From contig CAXXFL010000005.1 of assembly GCA_963674965.2 (NCBI GenBank), positions 160,001-224,000 of the forward strand: 64,000 nucleotides of DNA, in the 5' to 3' direction. The DNA comes from a bacterium (GTDB lineage Bacteria; RBG-13-61-14; DATKZS01). The stretch's first letter is position 1; every line of letters starts with the position of its first letter. A program made the translations under genes and the position numbers. A model generated the notes under the pieces. It worked only from the letters and a program-made list of their open reading frames with translations, was not told where the DNA came from and ran no database searches. Shown here piece after piece: positions 40,201-52,100 of the stretch.

Positions 40201-42938
40201 AGGTGACCGCCTCGCAGCTCGATTCCTGGCTCGATCAGCTGCAGGGAGGAGACACGACCAACCCGAACGGCGTCGAGGCGCTGGTGGTTATCGACGCCTG
40301 CCACTCCGGGTCCTTCCTGGACGAGGTGGGTGGAGGCGGAAAGGACCGGATAATCGTCGCCTCGGCCGGGGCGGCAGAGACCTCATACTTCGCCGTGAAC
40401 GGGTCCATCAGCTTCAGCCAGTTCTTCTGGCAGCACGCCCGGTCGGGAAAGAGCGTGGGCGAGAGCTTCGCCAACGCTTCCCTTGCCCTGGCTTCCTGGT
40501 CCGACCAGACGCCCCAACTCGACGACAACGGCGACGGCGTCTATTCCACGTCCGGCGATAAGGACGGTGACGCGGCGGACGACTTCTATATTGGCGCTGA
40601 CTTCGTGACCGGCGCTCTTTTACCCGAGCTAATACCACCGGAGGACCTGGTCCTCTCGGGGGACAGCCTTTACCTTTCGGCCGAGGTTATTTACGTCCAG
40701 GACTATGAGGTGGCGGGCGTGTTCGCCATTGTCGCTCCACCCGGCTTCTCGCCGCCGCAAAGCCAGGGCTACTACGACAGCCCCCGCCTGGAGGACAACG
40801 ACGGGGCGCCCATCCCCCGCGTCTACCTCGAGGAGGGCCTGACCTCGGGCGTATGGGGCCACGAGTTCACCTCCTCCGAGATCGGGAACGTCTTCACCGT
40901 GAACGGCCGGTACACGGCCACCCTCTTCGCCATCGACCGGGACGGAAACGTGACCGCCTCGGCCGACGTGACTATTACCGTCTTCGGGCCGGACCAGTAT
41001 GAGGACGACGACGATCCGGCCTCGGGCTCGACCATCGTTTCCTACGCCGACTCGGCCCAGGCCCACAACTTCCACGACGCCGGGGACTCGGACTGGGCCA
41101 GGTTCGCGCTCGAGGCCGGAGAGGAAGGATACCATACCATCCTGACCGATAACCTGGCCGACAGGTGCGACACCGTGCTCGAGCTGTACGGAGACTCGGG
41201 CGGAGCGCCGGGGTCCATGCTGGCCTTTGACGACGACTCGGGATCGGCCGGGGGCGCCAGCCAGATTTATATCAATCTCGAAGCGGGTCTTTATTACGTC
41301 CACGTCTATCAGTACGGGAACACCGTCCACGGGGAGGACACGGAGTACGATCTGCGCGTGGACGACCCGGGCAAGGATTACGGAAGCATCGCCGGATACG
41401 TGACCGACTCGGTCACGGGCTTCGGCGTCCAGGGCGCCAACGTGATCGTGGTACTGGGAGGGCCTCCTCGCGTGACCACCACCGGCATGGGCGGATACTA
41501 CTCGATGCAAAACGTGCTGGCGGGGACCGGATACCCCTTCTACGTTCAAGCGGCCAATTTCGAGAACCACGCGAGCACCGTAACGGTCAATACCAACCAG
41601 ACCACCACCAAGAACGTGGTTTTGACCGCCAAGTCCAGCACCTCGGGCGTCCTGATGGGGACCCTCCACGAGAACGGAGTTCCCCGGCAGGGCGTGGACA
41701 TGGAAGTGAGCGGAAAATCCATCCGCTCCGAGCAAGGCGGGCATTACTCGATCCGGCTGGCGCCGGGAACCAACCATTACGTGTACGTCAACTGGCCCGG
41801 CAATGAGCCCTACCTGCAAGAGAACATCGCGGTGACGGCGGGAGACACCACGGTCCACGACGTGTACCTCGCCTCGGCCGACTCGGACGGCGACGGACTC
41901 GCGGACGCCGACGAGGACGCGGCCTGCACCGACGCGGCCCTTCCCGACACCGACGGCGACGGGCTTTGCGACGGAAATACAACCGTGCAGGAAGGCTCCA
42001 CCGTTTATTGCCTGGCCGGCGAGGACATGGACCTAAACGGAGAGGTGGGCGCCGGCGAGAGCGATCCCTGCCTGGCCGACACCGACTCCGACGGCGTGGA
42101 CGACGGGGACGAGGTCCTTATTCATGGCTCGGACCCCTCATACTGGGACAGCGACGGCGACGGCCTGCCCGACGGTTTCGAGCTCGATAACTCGACCGGC
42201 CACGCCGACAACCTGGACCTGATGGACTCATCGGACGGCTGCCCGGCGGACTTCGACGGCGACGGCAACGAGAACTGCCACGAGTATTACAACGGCGGAG
42301 ATATCTGGGAGGAGGACGTCCTGGGCGGGGCCGCCTGCTTTAGCTGGGCCGACTCGGGCAACACCACCACCGCCGACGGGCTGGTGTCTCCTCTCGATCT
42401 CAGCGCCCTCACCTCCAGGATTGCATTGAAGCCGGTCAGCTATACCGGCGTCCTACCGCCCAACGGCGACACCCAGGAACTGGATATGGACCAGGTGTGC
42501 TCGGCGCTGGACCTCGCCATCCTCAAGCAGATGGTCAACAACCTGGCCATAGCGAGCAACCCCAGCGAGCCCGACAACCTCGAGCTGGTGGGAGACTCGG
42601 TTATAAGCGCCGAGGTGGGCTCCACCGTCCGGATCGAGGTGGGCGTGGCCAATTCCTATCCCAGCTACACCGCCGGCATTGGGATCGTCTTCTCCATTAA
42701 CGCCCCGTCCTCCACCGGGTCCGCTCGCCTGATGGGGGGTGAGGGCCAATATGGAGAAGGTCGGTACGACGTGTCCGGGGCCATCGCCTCGGGAGGAAGG
42801 TCAAGCGTGGTGGTCCTCATCGACTCCGCCGGGACCGTCGTGATCGACGCTCTCCTGCCCGAGTGCGGGACCGGCGGACATGGCCGCGCCTGTCCGGAGA
42901 TAAACGTAACGCCGCTCGTCACCATCGTCGGCGAGTAG
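34257..42938 (+). CDS. Giant secreted Ca-binding protein (2893 aa): DxDGDG repeats, IPT-like domain, two FG-GAP propeller blocks, Ig/FN3, C13-like cysteine peptidase, PPC-like, carboxypeptidase-regulatory-like and dockerin-like domains
   Basis: Signal peptide ending SLA-Q; many D.DGDG.PD..E units; FG...GD.NGDG..D..VGA repeats; LYMLDHG and VIDACHSGSF catalytic motifs. Confidence 0.85.
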   Translation: MNPRFLGFALVALMALVFPLSSLAQDSDGDGMPDWWENTYFCVNVSVADSLGDPDMDELANMGEYLQSTNPCSADSDFDQMPDGWEVDNGLNPNGNDASGDPDSDQFTNLQEYNAGSDPQDPGSFPLPVITSIVPETIEAGSTATIDIYGANFNAGARILFGEGVIFDGDTVLGSGHMQAQIEIEEDAPVGFITVKALNETPYPAMGPVYINKLYVTRLGMSVTLSLEGPESAGEWEFGMVVSDIGNVDGDSYSDVLVGRSQTAFASVYSGVDGSLIYSLSDYNWGEGKAAASLGDIDGDGRDDFAVDDGQTVVVYSGIDGDTINAFQLEDANHHFLSLESIEDMNSDGKRDLLVGNYAWNFPYQSYLYGKVYAYDVDPSNGDTLLDSYRPWYGGVEFFGWDVTSISRAGRDDVVVGAIHDQQDTKMDQCGAIHVMAGLDGATLLEMAGDTAYRLLGYSVAGIEDLDGDSVGDFIAGGPGNYDLSNLESHVYVFSGADGSTILDIVGEGGQGSFGMAVDAIGDLNGDGKQDIAVGCRFCQTPQKEPAGGVYFYSGADGSLLYASYGLSDESWFGYDVANGGDIDGDGNDDLIVGAPRDAPGGKVHVLAKDTDGDGLTDGKESLFGTNANHPDTDHDGMTDYYEYVSGLNPLVDDAALDLDGDSITNLDEFLFGSNASMVDTDSDGISDLVEYTWSRWGAGGSPATRDSDGDGIIDPIDNCSNYNPDQADADDDGIGDLCDEGGYYYSKSGAAFGDWFGYCIGGGGDVNKDGVNDYIISAQKARIVDQDSGRAYVFSGLDGETLFQIDGDTAFARAGFFESAAILGDLNGDGYDDFAVGHGSIGAGPAEQGYSVFYSGFDGSTLDINGQSGDYFGSQITPLGDVDGDGIPDAVIGTRSAYIHFFSGYDRVNYWLMQFLDGRRFGWDMANAGDVDGDDFNDFVISYQDKLYVNDYLAAYSTGDYSQIFLKEFTDLDLVHVDGLGDVDGDGRSDLLADLESYINAYSGRDGSTIFSIDSTPSSTHYTIGVGDLNHDGYKDIAHVNGDNGHIFIYSGLDGETLDMKTVGAIDHDTVSIGAPGDLNGDGKSDFIVGAAGPQIGKAYVFLADALDVDQDGMPNGYEDRNGLDKNDPGDRLLDPDGDGFANVQEFFMFTPAGVANDSLPDSDGDGLPDVWELHLGTGMTAYDALSDPDGDGIVNLAEYANGTYPRVSNYDMNDKDADGLADLWEILMGIDPSTSNAFNDHDGDGQPNVIEYQRGSDPLAAEPVPASECWCQGCAFHQGALYSSTISLEFGYSVDNPFAELVLYASYNQGVYSPSYIVPSADPDGLGGTFSFVSGYGDGRHDFYTSAALSFFLMELPPPTPDLTVIIDRQAPDASVVSPTPLFSDGATVSIYFTSVDANDGDPSNRLWYRYEGGAWQDTGMTLGGTSGSFQFDPGDGDGDYDFTLTATDFLGNADPSPNSSPPASFWTMTVDTSAPASFAVFDGLVPGADQDYSVDSSALAANWTASSPPPPAGLDRYDWALGTAPYPSSGWDEVMGWTDDYVVDGGSYLYVSCNQITCPGVQFLEGETYYFSVRAVSGSGVETLALSDGIKIDSEAPVIDYSSPAHRELIFGQLVGSDVILSALSASVHLDDGSGSGLDWDTLEITLDFDSVSGTTVGDTVSFSGSDLYQGNHVINVQVSDLAGNDLNRNVIFTVEDPRRVIVNPTLAEWVPGDGPIAFTADGGTGGYRWVATGGSLDSVTAEEVSYTPGGDPGAYLVAVSDSRLTSAQATVVLRGEVSVSPALARLNHGDTLTFLADGGTGVFQWTAAGGSCYLSGDRNEACLFTAGVTDGEYSIRAQEQGGNSFTSRLVIVGSVGRAVIVVGGGLADSNGQVEASNQMGHYVYETLLARGFSPEQIMYLNPDPTQLYDGNGDGFSDDVDGEPTPASLQNAIVTWASTAQGPNAPPVGPGAPLVLYMLDHGADDSFLINFDASGMGQEVTASQLDSWLDQLQGGDTTNPNGVEALVVIDACHSGSFLDEVGGGGKDRIIVASAGAAETSYFAVNGSISFSQFFWQHARSGKSVGESFANASLALASWSDQTPQLDDNGDGVYSTSGDKDGDAADDFYIGADFVTGALLPELIPPEDLVLSGDSLYLSAEVIYVQDYEVAGVFAIVAPPGFSPPQSQGYYDSPRLEDNDGAPIPRVYLEEGLTSGVWGHEFTSSEIGNVFTVNGRYTATLFAIDRDGNVTASADVTITVFGPDQYEDDDDPASGSTIVSYADSAQAHNFHDAGDSDWARFALEAGEEGYHTILTDNLADRCDTVLELYGDSGGAPGSMLAFDDDSGSAGGASQIYINLEAGLYYVHVYQYGNTVHGEDTEYDLRVDDPGKDYGSIAGYVTDSVTGFGVQGANVIVVLGGPPRVTTTGMGGYYSMQNVLAGTGYPFYVQAANFENHASTVTVNTNQTTTKNVVLTAKSSTSGVLMGTLHENGVPRQGVDMEVSGKSIRSEQGGHYSIRLAPGTNHYVYVNWPGNEPYLQENIAVTAGDTTVHDVYLASADSDGDGLADADEDAACTDAALPDTDGDGLCDGNTTVQEGSTVYCLAGEDMDLNGEVGAGESDPCLADTDSDGVDDGDEVLIHGSDPSYWDSDGDGLPDGFELDNSTGHADNLDLMDSSDGCPADFDGDGNENCHEYYNGGDIWEEDVLGGAACFSWADSGNTTTADGLVSPLDLSALTSRIALKPVSYTGVLPPNGDTQELDMDQVCSALDLAILKQMVNNLAIASNPSEPDNLELVGDSVISAEVGSTVRIEVGVANSYPSYTAGIGIVFSINAPSSTGSARLMGGEGQYGEGRYDVSGAIASGGRSSVVVLIDSAGTVVIDALLPECGTGGHGRACPEINVTPLVTIVGE

Positions 42939-42962
42939 CTTATTAAATAGGAATGAGCGGAA

Positions 42963-42987
42963 AAGGCGCTTCATATCGAGGCGCCTT
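42963..42987. terminator. Intergenic hairpin between the giant genes
   Basis: AAGGCGCTTC-ATATC-GAGGCGCCTT; A-run on the left, only a short T tail on the right. Confidence 0.4.
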
Positions 42988-43114
42988 ACGCCGCTTGCGC
43001 CGGGGGAGCCAGGCTGTATATTCATATTATCGGCCGGCGATACCTCATTAATTGAAGATATGAAAGCAGGGTAATCTGGGCAATCACTGATATGCAGCCA
43101 TAAAGGGGCCTGTC

Positions 43115-46100
43115 ATGAAATTCCGCACCGTTCGTATGTTGGCGCTTATTCTCCTCGTTAGCTCGTCCATCGGATGCCTCGAGATCATCGGCGTGGACCA
43201 GCCGGAACAAGTCGCCATGTACGGGGCCTTCGAGGTCACCGTGTCCTTCAGCTCCACCATAAGCGCCAATGGTACCAAGTTCGGCGCCGTCAAGGTCCCC
43301 AACCAGTTCTACGTGAACCAGGTGACTTATTGCGGGGGCGTGACCCTTGCCTACAGTTCCTCCATCGAGTCCATGCTCGAGGCCGGCTATCCCTCCGGAG
43401 ACGATTATTTCTGGTGGGCCGGGGTGTCCTACGCCGAAACCGCCACCGGTCCCTGCGACGCCGTCATCGAGATATTCTCCGGTGACACCGTGGCGGACTA
43501 CGAGCTCGATTACCGCGTGGGTTACTATCGAACGGGACTGGTCGTCACGGACTCCGAGCTCGAGGTGCCCGTCCACGTCTTCCGCGACAACGACTACGAC
43601 GGCATGGACGACGAGTGGGAAGACCTGCACTGGTGCGTCTACTCCACTTATGACGACTCCATGAGCGATCCCGATTGGGACGACCTGACCAATATCGAGG
43701 AGTTCATGGTCTCATACTCGATGGACCCCTGCTTTTACGACACCGACGGCGACGGACTCGACGACGGGGACGAGGTTGACATGTACTTCACCAATCCCGT
43801 CGATCCCGACACCGACGGCGACGGACTCGAGGACGGCTACGAGATATTTTCCTCCTATACCTATCCCGACGATCCCGACTCGGACGACGACTCCATGACC
43901 GACGGCTGGGAGGACGCCTACTACTGCGTCAATCCCATGTACTCCGACTCGACCATGAACCCCGACGGCGACGGGGCGCTGAACGGGGCCGAGTACAGGC
44001 ACGGCACCAACCCCTGCGTCTACGACGACGCCGACGGCGACGGAATGCCCGACGATTACGAGAACGCCCACGCCTGCCTCAACGTCAATATACCGGACGC
44101 CGCCTGGGACATGGACGGCGACGGCCTTACCAACGGCGAGGAATACGGACTAAGCACCAACCCCTGCTCTCCCGACACCGACGGAGACGGGCTCCAGGAC
44201 CTCTTCGAGGTGTACATCTATCAGACCAACCCCAACGATATCGACACCGACGGGGAGGGACTGACCGACCTGGTCGAGATATATATCAGCGACAGCGAGC
44301 CCACCATGCCCGACTCCGACGGCGACGGGCTATCCGACGCCTTCGAGGTCGGCGTCATTGTCGGGACCGGACCCAACCGCGTCCTCGATACCGTCCCCGC
44401 CGGAGACGATGAATCCGAGTACGAAGCCATCTGGGTCGGGACCGACCTCAGCCCCGGCACCACCGCCGCCGCAGACGACCTCCAGATAATCCCCAGGTTC
44501 CCCTCTTATCCGAGACTGTTCATCACCGACCCCATGGACCCCGACTCCGACGGCGATGGCATCGACGACAGGATCGAGGTGGAATGGGGGGCCAATCCCA
44601 ACGACGACTCCATCACCCCGGCCCTCGGCATGGTAGGAGGATCGGACAAGGTCGTCACGGTGGCATCCTCGCTGTACGACAATGACCCCGTACGACTCGA
44701 GTGGACCGGCTCCGAGTACGGAATGGCCTTCGGAAATTATTTCTACCGACTCGATGAGGAAGGAAACGATATCCAAAGCGTCTGGATTTCGGGCGAGAGG
44801 CTCGACGTCGCGTGGACCGGAAGCGAGTTCGGAATAATATACTCCGACGATTATTACGACGAGCTATCATTCATCAGGGTCACGGCCGGAGGAACCGAGC
44901 TTTGGCCCGAGACCAGGCTCTCCTACAACGGATACACCGAATACGACCCCAAAATTGAATGGAACGGGTCCGAGTTCGGCGTCATCTGGCTCGAGGGAAA
45001 TTTTGAAGGACTCTTCTTCACGAGAGTTAGTTATGACGGAAGCCAGATCGGCGGAGCCGTTAAAGTCGTTGACGATTACTCGGATGTTTTCGATATCGAG
45101 TGGGCCGACTCGGTATACGGCGTGGCCTGGGAGGACTTCAGACACGATAGCGACGGAAGTTGCGGAGGGCAAAGCCCGGACTGTAACAACGAAATTTATT
45201 TCCGCAAAATTACCGCCCAAGGAGACACCATAGGAAGCGAGACAAGGTTGTCCTTCAGCGTCGAGAACTCCATGGGCCCGGACCTGGTCTGGAACGGGAC
45301 CGACTTCGGCGTGGCCTTCGAGGAGGAACTGGGAGACTCGGAGATCATGTTCGCCAGGGTCCAGATGGACGGAGGGACACTGGGGCAGCCTGAAAGAATT
45401 ACCTACGTTAACGACTATTCAACCAGGCCCAGGCTGGAATGGAACGGCAGCGTCTACGGCCTCTCCTGGCAGGATACCAGAAGCTCGGTCAACGAAATTT
45501 ATTTCAATTACCTCTCGCCCGCCGGCGACGCCATCGGGATGGACGCCAGGATTTCCTTTACCGGCGCCATGTCGAACCCATCCGGAATCGCCTGGAACGG
45601 GAACAAGTTCGCCATGGCCTGGAAGGACTCTTATACCGAGTTCTACTACGCCGTCGTGCCCGAGGAATCCGACGGCGACGGCATATTGGACTCCATCGAG
45701 GAGGGGACATGCACCGACGTCCTCAATTTCGACTCCGACTTCGACGGCATATCAGACGGCATCGAGGACGCCAATCATGACGGCGTTAAACAAAGCTCGG
45801 AAATAGACCCCTGCGACCCCGACACCGACGGCGACGGCCTCTGCGACGGCAACATGACCATCGCCGGCGTATGCGACGCCGGAGAGGACCAAAATGGCAA
45901 CGGAATAGTCGACTCCGGCGAGACCGACCCCAACGACCCCGACACCGACGGCGACGGAATCGACGACTGGGAGGAAATATTCCCCGGCGACGACGGCTAC
46001 GTCACCAACCCCCTATCCACCGATACCGACGGCGATTCCTATTCCGACGACCTCGAGATCGATAAGGGGTCCAGCCCCAGCGACCCGGACAGCCATCCTC

Positions 46101-49100
46101 GCTTCGGTAAAATACTGGATAATATCGAGGTCGTGGACACGGTCATGGGCAATCACGCTCTTGCCTATGGAACCACATCCTTCGCCCTCGTCTGGAATAA
46201 CGGGCTGGCCCTTTACATGGATATTCTCGATCCCGCCGGAGTTACTCTGGACCCGAATAATCTGATCACCAGCGATTCCTGCGCCGGCCCCGATATCGTC
46301 TGGACGGGGTCCAAGTACGGAGTCGCCTATCAAAACTATGACTCGACCAATTCGATTGTTTTGATGAAAGCACTGAATCCGGATGGCTCGGGAGGGGGCG
46401 GAAAGGGTTTCACCGTGTCCTCCGTGGGCAGCTACTATAACTTGCCGACCCTGGACTGGAGCGGGTCCGAATACGGCGTCACCTGGCCCGACGACAGATA
46501 TGCAAATAACGAAATATTTTTCCAGCGCATGACCGCTTCCCTTACAAAAACCGGGGCCGCCGTGAGGATATCTTCCAACTCGGAGGACTCGAAAAGACCC
46601 GATATCGCATGGAGCGGCTCCGAGTATGGCGTCGCCTGGGACGACTACAGGGACGGAAACGCGGAAATCTACTTCAGGATCGTCGGACCCGCGGGAAGCC
46701 TCGTTACGCCTGAAACGAGACTTACCTTCAACTCCAGCTATTCCTACAGGCCCAAGGTAGCCTGGAACGGCTCCGAATACGGCATTACCTGGTACGACTA
46801 TCGTGACGTCGGGACCTGCAGCGAGACTTACTTCACCAGGGTAAGCGCGGGCGGGACCCAACTCCAGGCCAATCAAAGGATTTCCTACAACGGCGGCTGC
46901 TCGTGGGGACAGGATATCGTCTGGAGCGGAAGCGAATATGGGCTCGCCTGGTACCAGCCCATGGACGGTTACGATGAAATCTTCTTCACCCGGATATCCG
47001 AGGACGGCGATACCATCATTCCCGAGTTCAGGGTCACCTACTCTAACGAGGTCCATCAAATCAACCCGAAAATATCCTATGGAGCCGGCGTGTACGGCGT
47101 CGCCTGGATGATCAACACGGGAAAAGGATATTCAACCATCTTTTATACCGCCATCGGACCCGACGACGACGGCGACGGAATATATAACATACTCGAGGAC
47201 GGCTTCTCCACCGACGTGAACGACTGGGACACCGACGACGACGGTCTGTCCGACCAGGAGGAAATATGTTACGACGACGACTGCGACTCGTTCAATCCCG
47301 CCATCGAGCCGAACCCGACGCTGTACGACACCGACTCCGACGGCATATCGGACTACGATGAGGTAACCCTGTACTTCACAAGCCCAACAAGAGTTGACAC
47401 CGACGGCGACGGAATGCCCGACCTATGGGAAATTCAAAACAACCTCTCGCCTATCGCGCCCAACGGTGGAGGAGACGCCGACATTGACGGGCTGTCCAAC
47501 CTGAACGAATACCTAGCCGGGACCGATCCCAACGACCCCGACACCGACGGCGACGGCATGGACGACGATTGGGAAGTGCTCTACGGCGGGACCGCCGGAT
47601 GCATGATGGCCACCACCGTCGACGACGGACTCGACTATGATGGCGACGGCCTCATCAACCAGTTCGAGCACGACCAGGATCGCGACCCGTGCACCTATGA
47701 AACTCTGCCCTCATCGTCGTGCTACTCCGGCGTCTCCATGACCAACGCCGACACCATCGGGCTGGACTTCACCTGCACCGATCCCTATTCCATCACCTTC
47801 CTGAAGGTATCCTATGAAGGAGGACCATTCCTCAACGCCGGACTTTACGCCGAGAATCAAACCTCGGGCCGCTTCGTCTACACCTTTAATCAAGGCGACG
47901 GAAGATACCGCTTCTATACCATCGCCTCCATTACCGTCTTCCTCACCGAGGAACCGCCCGTTCTTCCTCCATACGACGTCATGGTGACCGTCGACAAAAC
48001 CACGCCCATTTCCTACGTGAGCGCGGCTCCTTCTTTCGCGCCGGACGAGACCTTTCCGATCGAGTTCCTGTGCGACGACCTCGAGGCCCAGTCGCGCCTG
48101 TATTACCGCAAGGACGGCGGGGGGTGGACGAACTCGGGTCTGGGGCTGTTGGCGGGGGACTCGGGGACTTTCAGCTTCACGCCGGCGGGCGAGGGGACTT
48201 ACGATTTTTATACCATCGCCGGCGACCCGGCGGGGAACATCGAGGACCCGCCCACCTTCCCCGACAAGGACGCCACCACCGTGGTCGACGACTCGCCGCC
48301 CGCCGTTCCGGTCGTGACCGACGACGGGACTTATACGGGTTACACCGACCGCTTCCACGCGACGTGGACGTGCGGGGGCGACAGCGTTTCGGGCGTTGTC
48401 CAGTATGACTACGCGATCGGTTCGTCGGCGGGGGCGACGGACGTGGTGGGGTGGACGGACAACGCCACGCTGACGGAGGTGACCAGGTTCGGGCTCGAGC
48501 TCGAGGACGGGTCGAGTTACTTTATCGGGGTGAGGGCCGTTAACGGGGCGGGTCTCGTGAGCGTGGGGTGGTCCGATGGGATACTGGTGGACTCGAGGGG
48601 GCCGGAGATCGCCTGGTCGTCGCCGGCGCATCGGGAGATCGTGAACGACGACATGCCGCCCGTGGACTTGCCGGTCAGTATAAACTTCATCGACCCGGGC
48701 GGGGCGGGGATCGACTGGGCGAGCCTCGAGATGGTGCTCGACTTCAGCACCGTGCAGAGCTTCAGCCAGGACGGGGACACGGTGAGCTTCGACGCGCTGG
48801 CCCTCGACCTGGGCAACCACGTGGTGAACGTGCAGGTCGCGGACCTGGCGGGGAACGGTCTTAACCGGAACGTCATCTTCGTGGTCGAGGACCCGCGGCG
48901 GGTGATAATCAATCCGGTATACGTGGAATGGGGACCGGGCGACGGGGACGTGACCTTCGTGGCCGACGGCGGCACCGGCGCTTATCGGTGGGCGGCGACT
49001 GGCGGGGCGCTCGATTCCTTCACCGGGACCGAGGTGGTCTTCACGCCGGGCCCCGAGGCGGGGGCCTACGTGGTGGCGGTTTCTGACGCCAAGCTGGTGA

Positions 49101-52100
49101 GCGCGCAGGCGACGATCATCATCTCTGGCGAGGTCGAGGTGGCCCCGGCGGTGGTCCGCCTGAGCGCGGGCTCGGCGGCGACCTTCACCGCCTCGGGCGG
49201 TAGCGGCGACTTCAGTTGGACGGTCAACGGCGGCTCGTGCGTATTGTCGGGCGAGCGCGATGAAACGTGTTCGTATACGGCCTTCGAGTCGAGCGGGCAG
49301 TACTCGGTGAAGGCGCAGGCGGGCTCGGGCGAGAGCTTCACCAGCCGCGTGATCGTCACCGATCCGGTGGGCCGGGCCATCGTGGTGGTGGGCGGCGGCC
49401 TGGTGGACTCGAACCGTCAGGTCGAGGCTCTGAACTCCCTTGGCCACCTCGCCTACGAGACCCTTTTGGCTCGCGGCTTCGAGCCGGACCAGATCATGTA
49501 CCTCAATCCCGACGCGACCCAGGCCTACGACGGCGACGGCGACGGCTACGCCGACGACGTGGACGGCGCGCCCACCCCGGCCGCTCTGCAGGCGGCCATC
49601 CTGGATTGGGCCACCGCCGACCTGGGGGTGGACAACCCGGGCGTGGGTCCGGGCGTGCCTTTAATAATTTATATGGTCGATCACGGGGGCGACGACTCGT
49701 TCCTCATCAACTTCACGGCCGCGGGCGCGGGCCAGGAGGTGACCCCCACCCAGCTCGACTCGTGGATCGACGCGGTGCAGGGGGGCGACACCTCGAACCC
49801 GAACGGGGTAGACGTGGTGGTGATTTACGACGCCTGCCGGTCGGGCAGCTTCCTGGACGAGGTGGGCGGCGGCGGTTCCGACCGTATCGTGATCACCAGC
49901 TCGGCGTCCTCGGAGAGCGCATACTTTGGCGTATCGGGCACGATCAGCTTCAGCCAGTTTTTCTGGCAGCGGGTCCGGACGGGCGCCACTCTCAAGTCGG
50001 CCTTCAACGACGCGGCGGCGGCGCTGGCCACCTGGGCCACGCAGACGCCGTGGCTGGACGACAACGGGAGCGGGACTTACGCGGCCACCGGCGACGGCAA
50101 GGACGGCGACGTTGCGGACCTTTTCGTGGTGGGCGCGGACTTCGTGACCGGCGCGGTGCTTCCCGAGCTGACACCTCGCGGCGACGCGCTGCTCGAGGGC
50201 GACAGCCTGGATATTTACTCGGGCATACTTTACGCCAGCTCGAGCGAGATATCGGCCATGTTCGCCATTTTGACGCCGCCTGGCTTCTCACCTCCCCAGT
50301 CGGAGGGCAACTTCGACACGCCCTGGCTGGAGGACGAGGAGGGCAATCCCCTGCCTCGCGTTTACCTCGAGTACTCGAGCGCGACGGACGACTGGCGGCG
50401 TCGGCTGGACTCGGCCGAGCTGGCCGAGCTGTTCACGGTCAACGGCCGATATACTGCCACGTTATACGCGATCGATCTCGAGGGCCGGGTGACGGCGGCG
50501 GCGGAGTTCTCGATCACGGTGTTCGGCCCGGACCCTTACGAGGACGACGACTGGTGGAGCTCCGGCTCGAGCGTCGAGGTTAACTCGAGCTCGGCGCAGG
50601 CCCACAACTTCCACGACTCGGGCGACCGTGACTGGGTGAAGTTCTCCGTGGCCTTTGGGGACACGGGATATTACTCGGTGTATACGGAAAACCTGGCGGA
50701 CCGCTGCGACACGGTGATCGAGCTTTACGGCTACTCGGTGGCCGGCTCGACGGTGGTCCCCATCGCGTTCGACGACGACTCGGGCCAGGACGGCGGCGGC
50801 TCGAGCCGTATTTTCATGTACCTGTCCGAGGGTCTTTATTACGCTGAAGTATATCAATACGGCGACACTATCGGGGGCCAGGACACGGAGTACGACCTCC
50901 GGGTGGACCACGACGAGGGCGACTACGGCTCGGTCGAGGGCTACGTGACGGACTCGGTGACGGGCTTCGGGGTGCAGGGCGCGAACGTTATCGTGATATT
51001 GGGCGGTCCTCCCCGCGTGGCCACCACCGGGGCGGGCGGCTACTACAAGCTCTCGAGCCTTCTGGCGGGCTCGGGATATCCCATGCAGGTGCAGGCGGCG
51101 AACTTCACCACCTGGTCGGGGACGGTGAACGTTGGCGTGAACCAGACCACCAGGAAGGACGTGGTGCTGGCGGCGAAGACCGGCACCTCGGGCGTGCTGA
51201 TGGGCCACGTTTACGGTCACGGCGGCGCGCCGCTTGTCGGCGTTGGGCTCGAGGTCTCGGGCAAGTCCGTTGTGAGCGAGGCGGGCGGCCTGTACTCGAT
51301 CCGCCTGGCCCCGGGCGCGGCCTACGTTTATTCGAGCTGGCCGGGCTACGAGCCGTATCTCGAGGAGGGTCTTATGGTGGCGGCCGGCGATACCACGGTG
51401 CATGAGGTGTCGCTCGAGCCGGTGGACACTGACGGCGACGGCCTTCCGGACTGGATCGAGACCTCGGGCTGCACTGACGAGACCGAGGCGGACTCGGACG
51501 GCGACGGCTTATGCGACGGCGATACCGCGGTGTATGACGGCGCGACTCTCGTCTGCTCGGCGGGCGAGGACCTCGATCTTGACGGCGAGGTCGGGGCCTC
51601 GGAGACCGACCCCTGCGACGACGACTCGGACGGCGACCTCCTCGGCGACGGCGACGAGGCGCTGACTTACGGCACGGACCCTCTCGAGACGGACACGGAC
51701 TCGGACGGCCTCGGCGACCGCCTCGAGGCGGTGGTCGTAAGCTGCCTCGATCCGACTGACGACGACACGGACGACGACGGCCTTCTGGACGGAACGTCGA
51801 GCGGCGAGGACAAGGACGGCGACGGGGTTGTTGACGCGACGGAGACGAGCCCTTGCCTTTTTGATACGGACACGGATACGCTGGGCGACGGCGCCGAGGT
51901 GACGGTATACGGCACGGACCCGCTCGAGGTTGACACGGACTCGGACGGCCTGAGCGACGGGCTCGAGGTACCCTGGTGCACGTCGCCCACGGACGAGGAC
52001 AGCGACGGTGACGGGCTTCTGGACGGCACGCCGAGCGGGGAGGACAAGGACGGCGACGGGGTGGTGGACGCCACCGAGACCAACCCCTGCGCCTTTGACA

